From NCBI GenBank assembly GCA_964436255.1, contig CAYTBW010000004.1, positions 2,685 through 66,684 on the forward strand: 64,000 bases of DNA, given 5' to 3'. Position numbers and translations under genes: made by a program. This document shows, one piece after another, positions 7,725-18,040 of this stretch. The notes beneath the pieces were generated by a model. That model searched no databases and was not told the DNA's origin. It saw nothing but the letters and a program-made list of their open reading frames with translations. Each line of letters starts with the position of its first letter. The first letter of the stretch is position 1. The stretch comes from an uncultured Candidatus Saccharibacteria bacterium (GTDB taxonomy: Bacteria > Patescibacteriota > Saccharimonadia > CAILAD01 > JADZBC01).

Positions 7725-8489
7725 ATGGCCATCACCGAAGACACCCAGTCCATCCTCGCGATCACCGCGACCGACACCGCCAAGGAGGCGATCATCATCG
7801 CCCTCGCGGGCGGTGTGCGGTTCCAGACCGTCGACGAGGCCCTGGCCTGGTCGGAGACGGCCCAGGCGGCCAAGTACCTGTTCGGCACCCACTCGAGCGC
7901 TGCGAGGAACCTCTTCCAGCTGCGCGAGCAGCTGAAGCGGGAGAAGTCGGCCCAGAGCGCCCTGGCGCGCCTGAACCGACTGTGGCTCAACGGCACCGTG
8001 CAGACGGCGCTGTGGAAGGCCTTCGTCCGCGAGGACATCCGCAAGGCCCTCGTGGCCGAGCTGAAGGAGGCCAGCCGCAAGGACATCGAGGCCCGCAACG
8101 CGGTCCTCGAGAAGGTCATTGCCCGGCTGGACGCCAAGGATGCCGAGGAGACCGAGAAGGAGGAGCTGATCGCCCAGATCAAGCCCCTCGTCGAGGACTC
8201 CTACTTCCTGAACGTCATCGTCGGCCGGGACAGCCTGCGACCCGACAGCCTGCGGGCGATCGACAAGATCATCGCCGGCAAGGGTGTGAGCGTCCACCTC
8301 GGGCAGCTGCGCGGCCTGGCCAAGCACCTCGGCAACATCCACCGCAGCTCCTCCGGGAGCGACGGTGGCCGCCGTGGCAAGGGCAAGGACCCGCGCAAGG
8401 CCGAGAAGGCGGCGCGTGACCGGGCGATCCGGGCACGGATGCACCAGCCCAAGGGCCAGGAACCGTCCAAGCACGGCAAGAAGAAGTAG
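7725..8489 (+). CDS. hypothetical protein (254 aa), helical with a lysine/arginine-rich C-terminal tail
   Basis: ATG at 7725 preceded by GGAGG (7716-7720). GC3 jumps to nearly 100% only after this ATG, so the track start at 7656 is rejected. The tail is GGRRGKGKDPRKAEKAARDRAIRARMHQPKGQEPSKHGKKK. No family recognised. Confidence 0.7.
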   Translation: MAITEDTQSILAITATDTAKEAIIIALAGGVRFQTVDEALAWSETAQAAKYLFGTHSSAARNLFQLREQLKREKSAQSALARLNRLWLNGTVQTALWKAFVREDIRKALVAELKEASRKDIEARNAVLEKVIARLDAKDAEETEKEELIAQIKPLVEDSYFLNVIVGRDSLRPDSLRAIDKIIAGKGVSVHLGQLRGLAKHLGNIHRSSSGSDGGRRGKGKDPRKAEKAARDRAIRARMHQPKGQEPSKHGKKK

Positions 8490-8497
8490 TCGGCCTA

Positions 8498-8538
8498 GCC
8501 GGATCCACCAGAGCAGCGTTGCTCTAGGTGGATCCGGC
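8498..8538 (+). terminator. long GC hairpin GCCGGATCCACCAGAGCA-gcgt-TGCTCTaGGTGGATCCGGC; a second hairpin follows at 8539-8577
   Basis: 18 paired bases with one bulge and no U-tract. CCCGACC (8539-8545) pairs with GGTCGGG (8571-8577) and encloses TAGAC-ata-GTCTA. Confidence 0.6.
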
Positions 8539-8582
8539 CCCGACCCAAGTTTAGACATAGTCTAGATTTAGGTCGGGATTAC

Positions 8583-8613
8583 AAAAACACCACTCAAAAT
8601 AAGTGGTGTTTTT
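8583..8613 (-). terminator. uvrA terminator, A/U-tract flanked (AAAAACACCACT-caaaata-AGTGGTGTTTTT)
   Basis: 12-bp perfect stem, 18 nt downstream of the uvrA stop. Symmetric, so potentially bidirectional. Confidence 0.75.
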
Positions 8614-8630
8614 GCTTTGGCTTTATAGCC

Positions 8631-11447
8631 TTACGTAAGGAGCTTTTGTAAATATTGGCCGGTGTGGGATTTAACAACCTTTGCAACCTGTTCCGGGGTA
8701 CCTTCGGCAATGACTATGCCGCCGCCGCTTCCGCCTTCTGGGCCTAGATCGATCAGCCAATCAGCACACTTAACAACGTCCAGATTGTGCTCGATGATCA
8801 GCATGGAGTTCCCCATGGTCACGAGTGCGTTAAGCACTTCTAGAAGTTTCTTGACGTCTTCAAAGTGCAAGCCGGTGGTTGGCTCATCTAGAATGTAGAG
8901 CGTTCTACCAGTGGCTCGCTTGGAAAGTTCGCTCGCCAGCTTAATACGTTGCGCCTCCCCACCCGACAGCGTGGTGGCAGATTGTCCTAGGCGGATATAA
9001 CCAAGTCCTACACTGCGCAACGTCTCGAGCTTACGATACACTGCTGGAATATTACCAAAGAAATCACAAGCATCCTCCACGGTCATCTCCAAAACATCGG
9101 CAATAGTCCTGCCCTTATATAAAATCTCTAAAGCTTCACGGTTATAGCGCTTGCCATGGCACGTTTCGCAGGTTACGTACACGTCTGGCAAGAAGTGCAT
9201 TTCAATCTTGATAATCCCATCGCCCTTACACGTCTCGCAGCGGCCACCTTTTACATTAAAGCTAAACCGACCAGAGCTGTAGCCACGAATCTTGGCTTCC
9301 GGCACCATGGCAAATAAATCGCGGATATCGGTAAAGGCACCTGTATATGTTGCTGGGTTTGATCGCGGTGTACGGCCAATCGGAGACTGGTTAATGTCGA
9401 TTACTTTATCCAAGTGCTCGGTTCCTAGGATCTCCTGATGCTTGCCAGCTGGCTCCTGCGCTCGATGGTACTCCTGGCTTAGCTTGCGGGCCAATATATC
9501 ATTTATGAGTGATGACTTGCCAGATCCAGACACCCCAGTTACGACCGTCATGATGCCGAGAGGAATATCGACCGATACGTCTTTTAAGTTATTTTCTGTT
9601 GCACCGACAATCCGAAGTTTCTTATCGGTTGGCTTGCGGCGTTGTTTTGGCACCTCGATTTTCTTAGCACCGCTCAGGTACTGGCCCGTCAAAGACTCTT
9701 TGCTCTTAGCGACTTCATCTGGGGTGCCAATAGCTATGACCTCACCGCCATGCTCGCCGGCAAGTGGACCGATGTCAACTACAAAGTCACTCGCTCGAAT
9801 AGTGTCTTCGTCATGCTCGACTACAATTACCGTGTTGCCGAGGTCTCGTAAGCGCTGTAGCGTACTAATCAATCTATCGTTGTCGCGTTGATGCAGGCCA
9901 ATTGATGGCTCATCAAGAATATAGAGCACACCCATGAGGCTGGAGCCAATCTGCGTTGCCAAACGAATACGCTGCGCCTCACCGCCAGCCAAGGTGTTAG
10001 CGCTACGATTCAATGTTAGGTAATTGAGACCAACATCATTTAAGAACTTAAGCCGCTCGCTAATCTCTTTAAGGATTTGCGCGGCTATTTGCTTTTCCTG
10101 CGAGTTCAGCTCAAGCCCAGAGAAAGTCCTTAGCGCATCTTCGACCGACATGCTGGTAAGGTCGGCAATCGACTTACCGTTTACGGTAATGGCCAACACT
10201 TCAGGCTTAAGACGCTTGCCGTGACACTCCAGGCACTCTTGTGTCGTCATGTATCGCTCGATCTCTTTCTTCACAAAGTCACTATCACTCTCACGATAAC
10301 GGCGTTCCAAATTAGGAATAATACCTTCAAAGGTTGTTTTATACGTACGTCCGCCCGGCCCGCGCACGCCAATTTCTTCGTCCCCTGTTCCATACAGCAA
10401 AATCTCAATTTCTTTAGTACTCAGCTTTTCGACCGGCACATCAAGCTTGAACTTGTGCTTCTCTGCGACTGCTTCGAGCAATTTGGTATACCACGTCATG
10501 CGCGAAGTAGTGCGGCTCCATGGACGAATAGCGCCCTCGACGACGCTAAGGCGACGATTCGGAATGACCATGTCGGGGTCTACGATCAAAAGCGAGCCCA
10601 AGCCAGTGCATTTAGGACAAGCCCCATGTGGCGAGTTAAATGAAAACAGTCGAGGCTCAATTTCTGGGAGTGAGAACCCGGAATCTGCCGTAGTGTAATG
10701 CTCGCTAAACACGCGCTCGTCACCAGTATCATGATCCTGTATGGTGATTACGCCTTCGCCCAAATGCAGTGCCTGCTCAATAGACTCGACCAAGCGCTGC
10801 CCGGGTTCATCTGGGTCAAGTGTCATTCGATCAACCGCTACCTCGATGGTGTGCTTCTTCTGCCTATCGAGTTCCGGTACTTCATCAATTGGCATCAGAG
10901 TGCCATTTAGGCGTACTCGGGAATAGCCTGCCTTTTGGATTTCACTTAGCAGGTGCCTGTGTTCGCCTTTTTTGTCTTTTACAATCGGAGCGAGAATAAC
11001 AATCTTTGTACCTTTAGGATACTGGCGGACCGAGTCCACGATCTGTGCTGGAGTCTGCTTGGTTAGGACCTCGCCTGTCGTGGGGTCATGCGGCACACCG
11101 ATGCGCGCGAAAAGTAATCGCAAGTAGTCATAGATCTCCGTAACCGTGGCAACGGTTGAACGTGGGTTGCGTGAACTAGACTTTTGGTCGATCGAGATAG
11201 CCGGACTCAGACCATCAATCTGATCAACATCGGGCTTTTCCATCAGGCCAAGGAACTGCCTGGCATAGGCACTAAGGCTCTCTACATATCGGCGCTGGCC
11301 TTCGGCGTAGATAGTATCGAATGCAAGTGAGGATTTTCCGGAGCCGGAGAGACCCGTAATTACCACTAGTTTGTCGCGGGGTATTTCGAGGTCTATGTTT
11401 TTGAGGTTGTGCTCGCGAGCACCCTTAATGACGATTTTATCAGCCAT
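8631..11447 (-). CDS. uvrA: excinuclease ABC subunit A
   Basis: 938 aa. Two ABC ATPase modules ([26 protein letters not shown] twice) and zinc-finger cysteines ([18 protein letters not shown]). Confidence 0.97.
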   Translation of the reverse strand: MADKIVIKGAREHNLKNIDLEIPRDKLVVITGLSGSGKSSLAFDTIYAEGQRRYVESLSAYARQFLGLMEKPDVDQIDGLSPAISIDQKSSSRNPRSTVATVTEIYDYLRLLFARIGVPHDPTTGEVLTKQTPAQIVDSVRQYPKGTKIVILAPIVKDKKGEHRHLLSEIQKAGYSRVRLNGTLMPIDEVPELDRQKKHTIEVAVDRMTLDPDEPGQRLVESIEQALHLGEGVITIQDHDTGDERVFSEHYTTADSGFSLPEIEPRLFSFNSPHGACPKCTGLGSLLIVDPDMVIPNRRLSVVEGAIRPWSRTTSRMTWYTKLLEAVAEKHKFKLDVPVEKLSTKEIEILLYGTGDEEIGVRGPGGRTYKTTFEGIIPNLERRYRESDSDFVKKEIERYMTTQECLECHGKRLKPEVLAITVNGKSIADLTSMSVEDALRTFSGLELNSQEKQIAAQILKEISERLKFLNDVGLNYLTLNRSANTLAGGEAQRIRLATQIGSSLMGVLYILDEPSIGLHQRDNDRLISTLQRLRDLGNTVIVVEHDEDTIRASDFVVDIGPLAGEHGGEVIAIGTPDEVAKSKESLTGQYLSGAKKIEVPKQRRKPTDKKLRIVGATENNLKDVSVDIPLGIMTVVTGVSGSGKSSLINDILARKLSQEYHRAQEPAGKHQEILGTEHLDKVIDINQSPIGRTPRSNPATYTGAFTDIRDLFAMVPEAKIRGYSSGRFSFNVKGGRCETCKGDGIIKIEMHFLPDVYVTCETCHGKRYNREALEILYKGRTIADVLEMTVEDACDFFGNIPAVYRKLETLRSVGLGYIRLGQSATTLSGGEAQRIKLASELSKRATGRTLYILDEPTTGLHFEDVKKLLEVLNALVTMGNSMLIIEHNLDVVKCADWLIDLGPEGGSGGGIVIAEGTPEQVAKVVKSHTGQYLQKLLT

Positions 11448-11516
11448 ATATGCCCTATCCTCACTTGTTAAATCAACGATTAACTATACAGGTAAACGCA
11501 ACGTTTTTCAAGTCCC

Positions 11517-12536
11517 CTAGGATGGCTTGTCGTCGAAATATGACTCAAAAGTTGGCTCTAAGCTCATGACGTGAGAGCCGCCATAAACCACAAAGGGCTT
11601 CTTGCCTTCCTGGATTGCGTCGGCCACGGTAGTGAAGATGTGGTGGTCGCGAGCTTCTGTCATCATGGTGTGAATTTCTGCCAATCTGCCCTCAGAACGT
11701 GGATCCCACGCCTTTGCAAGGACCGCACGATCCCCCATCGAGCTAAAGCCAATCGTACCATCTTCTCGCAGCTGAAGCTCTGGCAGGCCAAGCTCAGCCA
11801 AGTCGGCATTAAGCCTCTCCGCCAAGCCCCTAGCCTGGTTACGGAGAGCACTTAATATTTCTGGGTTTTGCTGAATGATCCTCTGCTTCTCGCTGTCAGG
11901 AATATCTTGAAAGCCTTCGACCCCATTCACGACTGCTTCTCCGTAAATCTGCATAGTAATGTCCTCTGGAAGAGGCGCAGAAGCTTCGTGAGTTAGATTT
12001 CTAATCATTAAAACAAGAACCAGCTCTTCCCGTCTCACACCGCGAGACTCGACGAAAGATGCAATATCTGCGTCGGAAGGCTCCCCGGTCACAGCTTCGA
12101 CCCCGTCCCTTGCCGCCAGGAACTGCATCAGCCCTGATTCACTCGCGCTACCAATCGCAGTCGACCTATCTGCTATGTACTTTTGCTCTCGAGCATCGCC
12201 TTCGAACACGACAAGCCGTTCTTCGGGCGAGGTAGCTGCCAAATATTCATTGTATGCCGACTCAATGTCAGAGTGGTTGCGCGACTCGGGGTTAAAATCA
12301 TGCAGATCCACTGCCCCGCCCTCCACTAGGCCTGGTGCATTGGGGTCTTTGGCTGCCTCGCCCGTAGCAGGATCGATCTTCTCGGTATTGATACTTGCAA
12401 TCAAGGTTAAAGAGCCATCCCCAAACTTATCAATCTTCGCCGTGCCAGCTGCTACCCTCTCATCGTTTCTTCGCGTGTATTCATCACCATATCCAGCATA
12501 TTCAGTCCAAGCTTCTGCCCGTCGGTTCGTTTCCAC
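11517..12536 (-). CDS. hypothetical acidic protein (339 aa) between uvrA and uvrB
   Basis: GTG start with no clear SD. Host-like composition (61 G+C in 12181-12300). No motif recognised with confidence. Confidence 0.55.
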   Translation of the reverse strand: METNRRAEAWTEYAGYGDEYTRRNDERVAAGTAKIDKFGDGSLTLIASINTEKIDPATGEAAKDPNAPGLVEGGAVDLHDFNPESRNHSDIESAYNEYLAATSPEERLVVFEGDAREQKYIADRSTAIGSASESGLMQFLAARDGVEAVTGEPSDADIASFVESRGVRREELVLVLMIRNLTHEASAPLPEDITMQIYGEAVVNGVEGFQDIPDSEKQRIIQQNPEILSALRNQARGLAERLNADLAELGLPELQLREDGTIGFSSMGDRAVLAKAWDPRSEGRLAEIHTMMTEARDHHIFTTVADAIQEGKKPFVVYGGSHVMSLEPTFESYFDDKPS

Positions 12537-12629
12537 AGCGATGCCGCTTAGCTCTCGCCATCTCTGGAGCCATAGCTCGATTGACTTGTTCGCGCTCTAC
12601 TCCTCCGGCCTGCTCTGGGCTAAGTGCGT

Positions 12630-14618
12630 TCATTTGCTCATCCTCTTGCCCTGAATCACATCATCGATCTCACCGAGCTGATCACGTAACTCGGCGGCCT
12701 TTTCAAACTGTAGGTTCGCAGCGGCCATTTGCATCTGCTCCTTAAGCTGACGCTGTAAGCACTTCAACTCGTCCTTGGGCACTTTGGCAAAGTCGATCGC
12801 CTTCACGTCAGCCTTCTCTGCCTCCAACTCCTCATGCATACGCTCTTCAATCGCCTTACTGATGCTCGCTGGAGTTATGCCATGGGTCATGTTGTAATCC
12901 TCTTGGACCTTGCGGCGATCTCTCGTGACTTTTATTGCGCGCTCCATGGAGCCCGTCATGTTATCCGCATACATAATCACTGTGCCTTCCTGGTGGCGAG
13001 CCGCACGGCCTATCGTTTGTATGAGTGAACTCTCGCTGCGCAAAAATCCTTCCTTGTCTGCGTCAATTATTGCGACCAAACTCACCTCTGGTAAATCCAA
13101 ACCCTCGCGTAACAAGTTAATCCCAACAACTACATCGTACACTCCAAGGCGCAAGTCTCGCAGAATATCAGTCCTATCAAAGGTGGCAACATCGCTATGC
13201 AAGTATTGAACTTTAATACCAATGTCCTGCAGGTACTCAGTCAGGTCCTCCGCCATTCGCTTGGTAAGCGTCGTAACCAAAGAGCGCTGACCCTTACTGA
13301 TTCGCTTGCGTATCTCAGCTATGAGGTCGTCCACCTGATGTTCAACTGGCCGCACCTCAATAATCGGATCGAGTAATCCCGTAGGGCGAATGATCTGCTC
13401 TACAACTTTGCCGGAGCGGCTGATCTCGTATTCATTCGGCGTGGCGGAAACATAAATGGTCTGATTGATGTGGCGATCAAACTCGGTGAAAGTGAGCGGC
13501 CGATTATCTAATGCTGATGGCAAACGGAAGCCATGTTCGACCAGTATCTCCTTGCGAGCGCGGTCGCCATTATACATGCCGCGTACCTGCGGCAGAGTGA
13601 TGTGCGACTCATCTACAAACATCAAGTAATCGTCAGGGAAGTAGTCCATCAGCGTCGCGGGCTGATCGCCAGGCTCACGATTCGTCAAGTATCTGGAGTA
13701 GTTCTCTATGCCTTTTACAAACCCCGTTTGCTGCATGATTTCTAGGTCGTACTTTATCCTGCTCTCGAGCCTCTGAGCTTCAATCAGCTGGTCGTTTGCC
13801 TTAAAGTGCGCCACGCGCTGCTGAGCTTCAGTTTGGATTTTAACCATGGCCTTTTCTAACTGTTCGCGCGGAGTCACATAGTGCTTAGCTGGGAAAATGC
13901 TTAGCTCGTTAAGGGACTTTGTAATCTCGCCGGTTAGCGGATCGATTTGCACGATGCGCTCGAGCGAGTCGCCAAAGAACTCTAGGCGGTATGCGTTCTC
14001 CTCCCCAATCGGGAAAATGTCTACATTCTCGCCGCGAACACGAAATACGCCACGTTCAAAACTCGTGTCGTTTCGAGCATACTGAATATCATTGAGCTGG
14101 CGCAGCATCTTGTCTCGCTTACGAAGCTCGCCGACCTTGAGGTGCATTGTCATGTCGGCATAGTCGCTTACGCTACCAATACCATAGATGCAGCTTACTG
14201 AAGCAATAATAATTACATCCCTGCGACTCAAAAGCGAGCTTGTTGCAGCGTGACGCAAGCGATCGATTTCCTCGTTAATCGCGCTGTCTTTTTCAATATA
14301 CGTGTCACTCCTAACTATGTATGCCTCTGGTTGATAATAGTCAAAATAACTAACAAAATAATGCACGGCATGCTCTGGAAAAAACTCTTTGAACTCGCCA
14401 TAAAGCTGGGCAGCTAAGGTTTTATTGTGACTCAGAATGAGCGTAGGGCGATCTGCCTTGGCAATAATGTTTGCCATCGTGAATGTTTTGCCCGAACCAG
14501 TCACCCCCAGAAGTGTTTGCTCGCGCATTCCGTTAGATAGCCCTGTACATAAGCCATCAATGGCAGCTGGCTGGTCGCCATTTGGTTCGTATTTAGATTG
14601 CAAATTGAATAGTGACAT
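12630..14618 (-). CDS. uvrB: excinuclease ABC subunit B
   Basis: [23 protein letters not shown] aligns with the canonical UvrB N-terminus. Helicase motifs ([12 protein letters not shown]) and a C-terminal UVR motif ([11 protein letters not shown]) are present. The track's extra 18 aa ([18 protein letters not shown]) would overlap a terminator hairpin, so they are rejected. Confidence 0.95.
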   Translation of the reverse strand: MSLFNLQSKYEPNGDQPAAIDGLCTGLSNGMREQTLLGVTGSGKTFTMANIIAKADRPTLILSHNKTLAAQLYGEFKEFFPEHAVHYFVSYFDYYQPEAYIVRSDTYIEKDSAINEEIDRLRHAATSSLLSRRDVIIIASVSCIYGIGSVSDYADMTMHLKVGELRKRDKMLRQLNDIQYARNDTSFERGVFRVRGENVDIFPIGEENAYRLEFFGDSLERIVQIDPLTGEITKSLNELSIFPAKHYVTPREQLEKAMVKIQTEAQQRVAHFKANDQLIEAQRLESRIKYDLEIMQQTGFVKGIENYSRYLTNREPGDQPATLMDYFPDDYLMFVDESHITLPQVRGMYNGDRARKEILVEHGFRLPSALDNRPLTFTEFDRHINQTIYVSATPNEYEISRSGKVVEQIIRPTGLLDPIIEVRPVEHQVDDLIAEIRKRISKGQRSLVTTLTKRMAEDLTEYLQDIGIKVQYLHSDVATFDRTDILRDLRLGVYDVVVGINLLREGLDLPEVSLVAIIDADKEGFLRSESSLIQTIGRAARHQEGTVIMYADNMTGSMERAIKVTRDRRKVQEDYNMTHGITPASISKAIEERMHEELEAEKADVKAIDFAKVPKDELKCLQRQLKEQMQMAAANLQFEKAAELRDQLGEIDDVIQGKRMSK

Positions 14619-14624
14619 AAAACT

Positions 14625-14630
14625 ATTATA
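14625..14630 (-). promoter_or_regulatory. -10 box TATAAT placed 6 nt upstream of the uvrB ATG (leaderless arrangement)
   Basis: The reverse strand reads TATAAT-agtttt-ATG, with no SD possible. Confidence 0.5.
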
Positions 14631-14657
14631 GTCTATCTGGACAAAACAACAGCATAC

Positions 14658-14680
14658 AAAAAACCGACTCATTGAGCCGG
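14658..14680 (-). terminator. intrinsic terminator CCGGCTC-aat-GAGTCGG + TTTTTT about 145 nt downstream of the glutaredoxin-like gene
   Basis: 7-bp stem with one G-U pair, followed by a 6-U tract on the minus strand. Confidence 0.55.
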
Positions 14681-14822
14681 CATATTTGTGTGTCGCTAAC
14701 TACTGCACTGTGTGGAACTAAACCCAAACTCACCCTATGCACCTATCATAACAAAGCATCCTTGGACGAGCATTGGCGATAGAGCAAAAAAAGCCTAGGT
14801 GTTTTTAGTGCTTTGCCCATGG

Positions 14823-15071
14823 CTATGCAGTTGCCAAAAGTTCATCAAGCTTAGGCTTGTTGAAGCCGATGACAATCTGGTCATCGATATCGATCACTGG
14901 TACGCCCATCTGGCCAGATTTCTTGATCATCTCATCTGCAGCCTTAGGGTCGGCTTGAACGTTAACTTCTTTATAAGCTACTTTTTTATCCTTTAGGTAC
15001 TCCTTAACTGCACCACAAAAATGGCAGGTTGGAGTAGTATAAACGATTACGGGACTGTCTTCTCGGTTCAT
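14823..15071 (-). CDS. glutaredoxin/NrdH-like redoxin
   Basis: 82 aa. TCHFC active site in a VIVYTTPTCHFCGAVKEYL context. Confidence 0.8.
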   Translation of the reverse strand: MNREDSPVIVYTTPTCHFCGAVKEYLKDKKVAYKEVNVQADPKAADEMIKKSGQMGVPVIDIDDQIVIGFNKPKLDELLATA

Positions 15072-15123
15072 AATTAAACCCTTACTTTAACAAGTATAGT
15101 ATAGCACGGTGACCTCGGTGAAT

Positions 15124-16050
15124 CTAGTCCTTTAACTTGCTTAGATATTGGCTTGCCTGAATGGCGGCCTTAGCACCTTCGCCAGCCGCTACGATTACTT
15201 GCTTCTCTACCACGTCAGTAATATCACCGGCGGCAAACACCCCCTCGACACTCGTCATGTTGTATTTATCTATCACAATCTCACCTGCTTTATTAAGCTC
15301 TAGGTAGCCCTGCAAGTAGTCCGTTGCCGGTACTGACCCGACCTCCACAAAAGCGCCCGCGACATGTACCTTCTTCTTGATACCACTCGTGGTGTCATGC
15401 ACCTCGACATATTCAAGAAACTTACTACCGCCAAAAGAAACCGTCTCCATATTATTCATGATCCTAACATTGTGAAGATCCCTGACCTTATCCACCATCA
15501 CTGGGTCTCCAGTTAGATCTTCGGTAAGATTTATGAGGTAAATGTGTTTTACTATTTTAGCAATGTTGATAGCTGCATCAAGCGCCGCGTTTCCGCCGCC
15601 GATAACGGCGACTTCCTTACCAGCAAAGATTGGTCCATCACACCACGCGCAATATGTAACTCCTTTATTAAGATAGGCATCTTCGCCTGGTATACCGAGC
15701 TTGCGTGGGAGTTTTCCCCCCGTAATTACAACTGCCTTAGCCGAAATGCCCTTGCCATCAGCCTCGACAACAAAATGCTTACCCGATCGCTTGATACCGC
15801 TAACACCGCCTGATAAAATGCGGAGCTCAACGTCGTCTTTGAACTTCTCGAGGTGATGCTCGAACTTAGCGACTAAGTCGGCGCCGGGTATCATGGTAAA
15901 GCCAAGGTAGTTCTCGATATCACTACTCCATGCTGCCTGGCCACCTATGTCTTTACTCAGTAAAATCGTTTTGAGCTTTTTTCGCGCTGCGTAAACTCCG
16001 GCTGTCATACCGGCCGGGCCGGCTCCAACGATTGCTAAATCGTAAATCAT
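15124..16050 (-). CDS. trxB: thioredoxin-disulfide reductase
   Basis: GAGPAG FAD motif, CAWCDG redox centre, GGGNAA NADPH motif. Confidence 0.9.
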   Translation of the reverse strand: MIYDLAIVGAGPAGMTAGVYAARKKLKTILLSKDIGGQAAWSSDIENYLGFTMIPGADLVAKFEHHLEKFKDDVELRILSGGVSGIKRSGKHFVVEADGKGISAKAVVITGGKLPRKLGIPGEDAYLNKGVTYCAWCDGPIFAGKEVAVIGGGNAALDAAINIAKIVKHIYLINLTEDLTGDPVMVDKVRDLHNVRIMNNMETVSFGGSKFLEYVEVHDTTSGIKKKVHVAGAFVEVGSVPATDYLQGYLELNKAGEIVIDKYNMTSVEGVFAAGDITDVVEKQVIVAAGEGAKAAIQASQYLSKLKD

Positions 16051-17084
16051 ATTTTTCCCTCGACACTAGCATGGAAATGTTTTGGCGCATTTTTAAGAAA
16101 CTTTTCGATTTCACCTTGTTCAAGCAGTCCTGCCTGAGCACCAATTTCCTGCACGACGCTCATTGAATTAATCGAACCCCAGGCCATAGCCATTGGAATA
16201 TCCTTGCCCGCGGCGAGCGCAGCGACAAAGGTTGATGTATAGGCATCTCCCGCCCCAGTTCGCTCGAGCGGTGGCGCAGGATCTGGGTATATTGGCATTG
16301 ACCACAACTGCTTGCCGTCTGACGCAAACGACCCTTTAGGACCGTCTGTAATTACGACGATCTTTGGGCCAAGCTCGTGCAGCCCCGCCATAAGCTTGGC
16401 TACACTCTGCGTCGAAAGACCAGATATAGCCTGCGCCTCCTCCAAGTTGCATGCCAACACGTATGTAGCCCTATAAAGTTTTTGGAGCTTCTTCGTGCCA
16501 AGCTTCATCTGGAATGTCCCTGGCTGAAACGCCAGCTTAACATCTTGATTCTTAGCCAAATATTCGGCAATCTCATCATGGAGCCGATCAGCGCTCCCCC
16601 CCACCGAGCTCAAATAAATCCACGCGGGCTTGTTATACTGATTAATCTTTGGCCATGAGTAGGAGTAGTCCTCGTGTTTTATAAGGATAGTTCTGTCGGC
16701 GCCATACCAAAGTACATAATGGTAGTTTGACTTCATGCCATGATTAATGTGGACATATTCGGTCGAAATATCCTGCTTGTTAAGCGCACGGATAATTTCT
16801 TTGCCTACCTGATCGTCGCCGACGTTACTATAGAAGCCAACTCGCAAACCCAACCGTGCACTCGCCACAGCGGCATTCGCACTATTCCCTACGGCAGGAA
16901 TAACTATCGCCTCCTCAAAAGGTATCTTCGATCCATACGTCATGCAAAGCAAGGGGTGGCGATCTTGGCTGTCTTTATCAATTTCAGCTTCGTGCTTACC
17001 CAGGCGAATGAAGGCATCGGTTACTACGTCGCCCACCGCCAGAACATCTATTCCATAACGCATATGCTTTCCTCCAGTTGTCAT
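16047..17084 (-). CDS. PfkB-family carbohydrate/nucleoside kinase
   Basis: Ribokinase-like fold with an intact C-terminal TGAGDAYTSTF signature. 4-nt overlap with trxB. Confidence 0.8.
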   Translation of the reverse strand: MTTGGKHMRYGIDVLAVGDVVTDAFIRLGKHEAEIDKDSQDRHPLLCMTYGSKIPFEEAIVIPAVGNSANAAVASARLGLRVGFYSNVGDDQVGKEIIRALNKQDISTEYVHINHGMKSNYHYVLWYGADRTILIKHEDYSYSWPKINQYNKPAWIYLSSVGGSADRLHDEIAEYLAKNQDVKLAFQPGTFQMKLGTKKLQKLYRATYVLACNLEEAQAISGLSTQSVAKLMAGLHELGPKIVVITDGPKGSFASDGKQLWSMPIYPDPAPPLERTGAGDAYTSTFVAALAAGKDIPMAMAWGSINSMSVVQEIGAQAGLLEQGEIEKFLKNAPKHFHASVEGKI

Positions 17085-18040
17085 TATATGAAGTTCTTCC
17101 TTACTTTCCCAGAGCGATGAGGTATATTCTGCGGAATGCCAGGCTCTGAGCCAATAAAGTGGGCGACCGATCGAGCGGCACTCAAGCCGAAGTCGAGCGC
17201 CGATTCAAGGCTCTTGCCGTGCAAATGACTCGCAAGAAACGCTGGACCGAATACTTCACTCATCCCGGTTTCATTTATGCGCTTCAGACTTGAGCGCTGA
17301 GCAGTTTGATAGTAAAAACCATCATGAAGTGCATGGGCCGCCTTCGTGTCATCAAGGAGCAAGATGCTCTTCAGGCCGCTTGCCCTTAGCGACTGCAGTG
17401 CATCTCGGGTCTCGGACTGATGAGTAAGCATTTCAGCGTCATCACGGTCAAAGCAACAAATATCTGCTTTAGCTAATAGTTTAATTACTTTGCGAGCGTT
17501 CACCAAATCGTGACTCGTGAGTCTCACCATTGTCTTCGCATCGTGCTTTTTCGCTAACGCAAGCAGCAACTTCAAATCGCCCAAGTCGATAAAAGGACCG
17601 CTGAGGTAGAACCACTTGGCTGTAGGCAATGAAGATATATGACTCTTCCCGTAACCAGCGCTGTTGTTGAGTGAACTAATCTCAAAGTAATCGTCTTTAG
17701 GCGAGCGCACAAGCGTCTGCATGCTCGTGGCTGAATGTGTTGTCTGGCGCGCGCTCGACGATTTTACTCCAGCCTCGCCAAGCCTGCGCAGTATCTCGCA
17801 CCCCATACTATCCTGACCGATGCTAGAAGCGAGGTCCGCCTTAACTCCCAAGCGAGCGCAGGTTAGGGCGGCAATATATCCGCCGCCGCCGCAACCAAAT
17901 GCCGTCTCGTTAGCATGAACCGAGGTTCTGCTTGAGACCATAGAGCGTAAACGGTCTGGCAATAAACCGACTTCGAGCGTCTTAGTAGTGTAAATTATTT
18001 CAGCATAGGCAGGACCAACACATAGCACATCTAGCTTCAT
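17084..18040 (-). CDS. PfkB-family kinase paralog with a degenerate catalytic signature
   Basis: GCGGGGY di-glycine region is present, but the GAGD signature position reads TGMSEVF. Confidence 0.65.
   Translation of the reverse strand: MKLDVLCVGPAYAEIIYTTKTLEVGLLPDRLRSMVSSRTSVHANETAFGCGGGGYIAALTCARLGVKADLASSIGQDSMGCEILRRLGEAGVKSSSARQTTHSATSMQTLVRSPKDDYFEISSLNNSAGYGKSHISSLPTAKWFYLSGPFIDLGDLKLLLALAKKHDAKTMVRLTSHDLVNARKVIKLLAKADICCFDRDDAEMLTHQSETRDALQSLRASGLKSILLLDDTKAAHALHDGFYYQTAQRSSLKRINETGMSEVFGPAFLASHLHGKSLESALDFGLSAARSVAHFIGSEPGIPQNIPHRSGKVRKNFI

Larger units (their letters stand above)
7036..8577 (+). other. GC-rich compositional island A between uvrC and uvrA (two plus-strand ORFs, internal AT-rich promoter, GC hairpins)
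   Basis: Hand count gives 68 G+C in 7741-7840 versus 48 in 9001-9100 (uvrA). All six frames are open, as the many shadow ORFs in the track show. Third codon positions in the 7725 frame are almost all G/C. Confidence 0.85.

Noticed and set aside
8498-8538. Two BamHI sites (GGATCC) symmetrically placed in the hairpin after the island ORF, which could hint at a cloning scar or an engineered insert.
   Set aside because: The sites are simply part of a long natural-looking palindrome. There are no vector-like sequences, polylinkers or other engineered features nearby.
7573-8565. Seven additional long ORFs on both strands overlapping the 7725-8489 gene (7573-7935, 7595-8182, 7710-8558, 7982-8419, 8201-8479, 8269-8508, 8365-8565).
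   Set aside because: These are stop-codon-poor shadow frames typical of very GC-rich DNA. Only the 7725 frame has almost all G/C at third positions and an ordinary amino-acid composition. The others are Arg/Pro/Gly/Ala-rich nonsense.
12537-12633. 42-codon ATG ORF bridging the uvrB stop and the 339-aa gene.
   Set aside because: It is short, out of frame with both neighbours, and has no SD.
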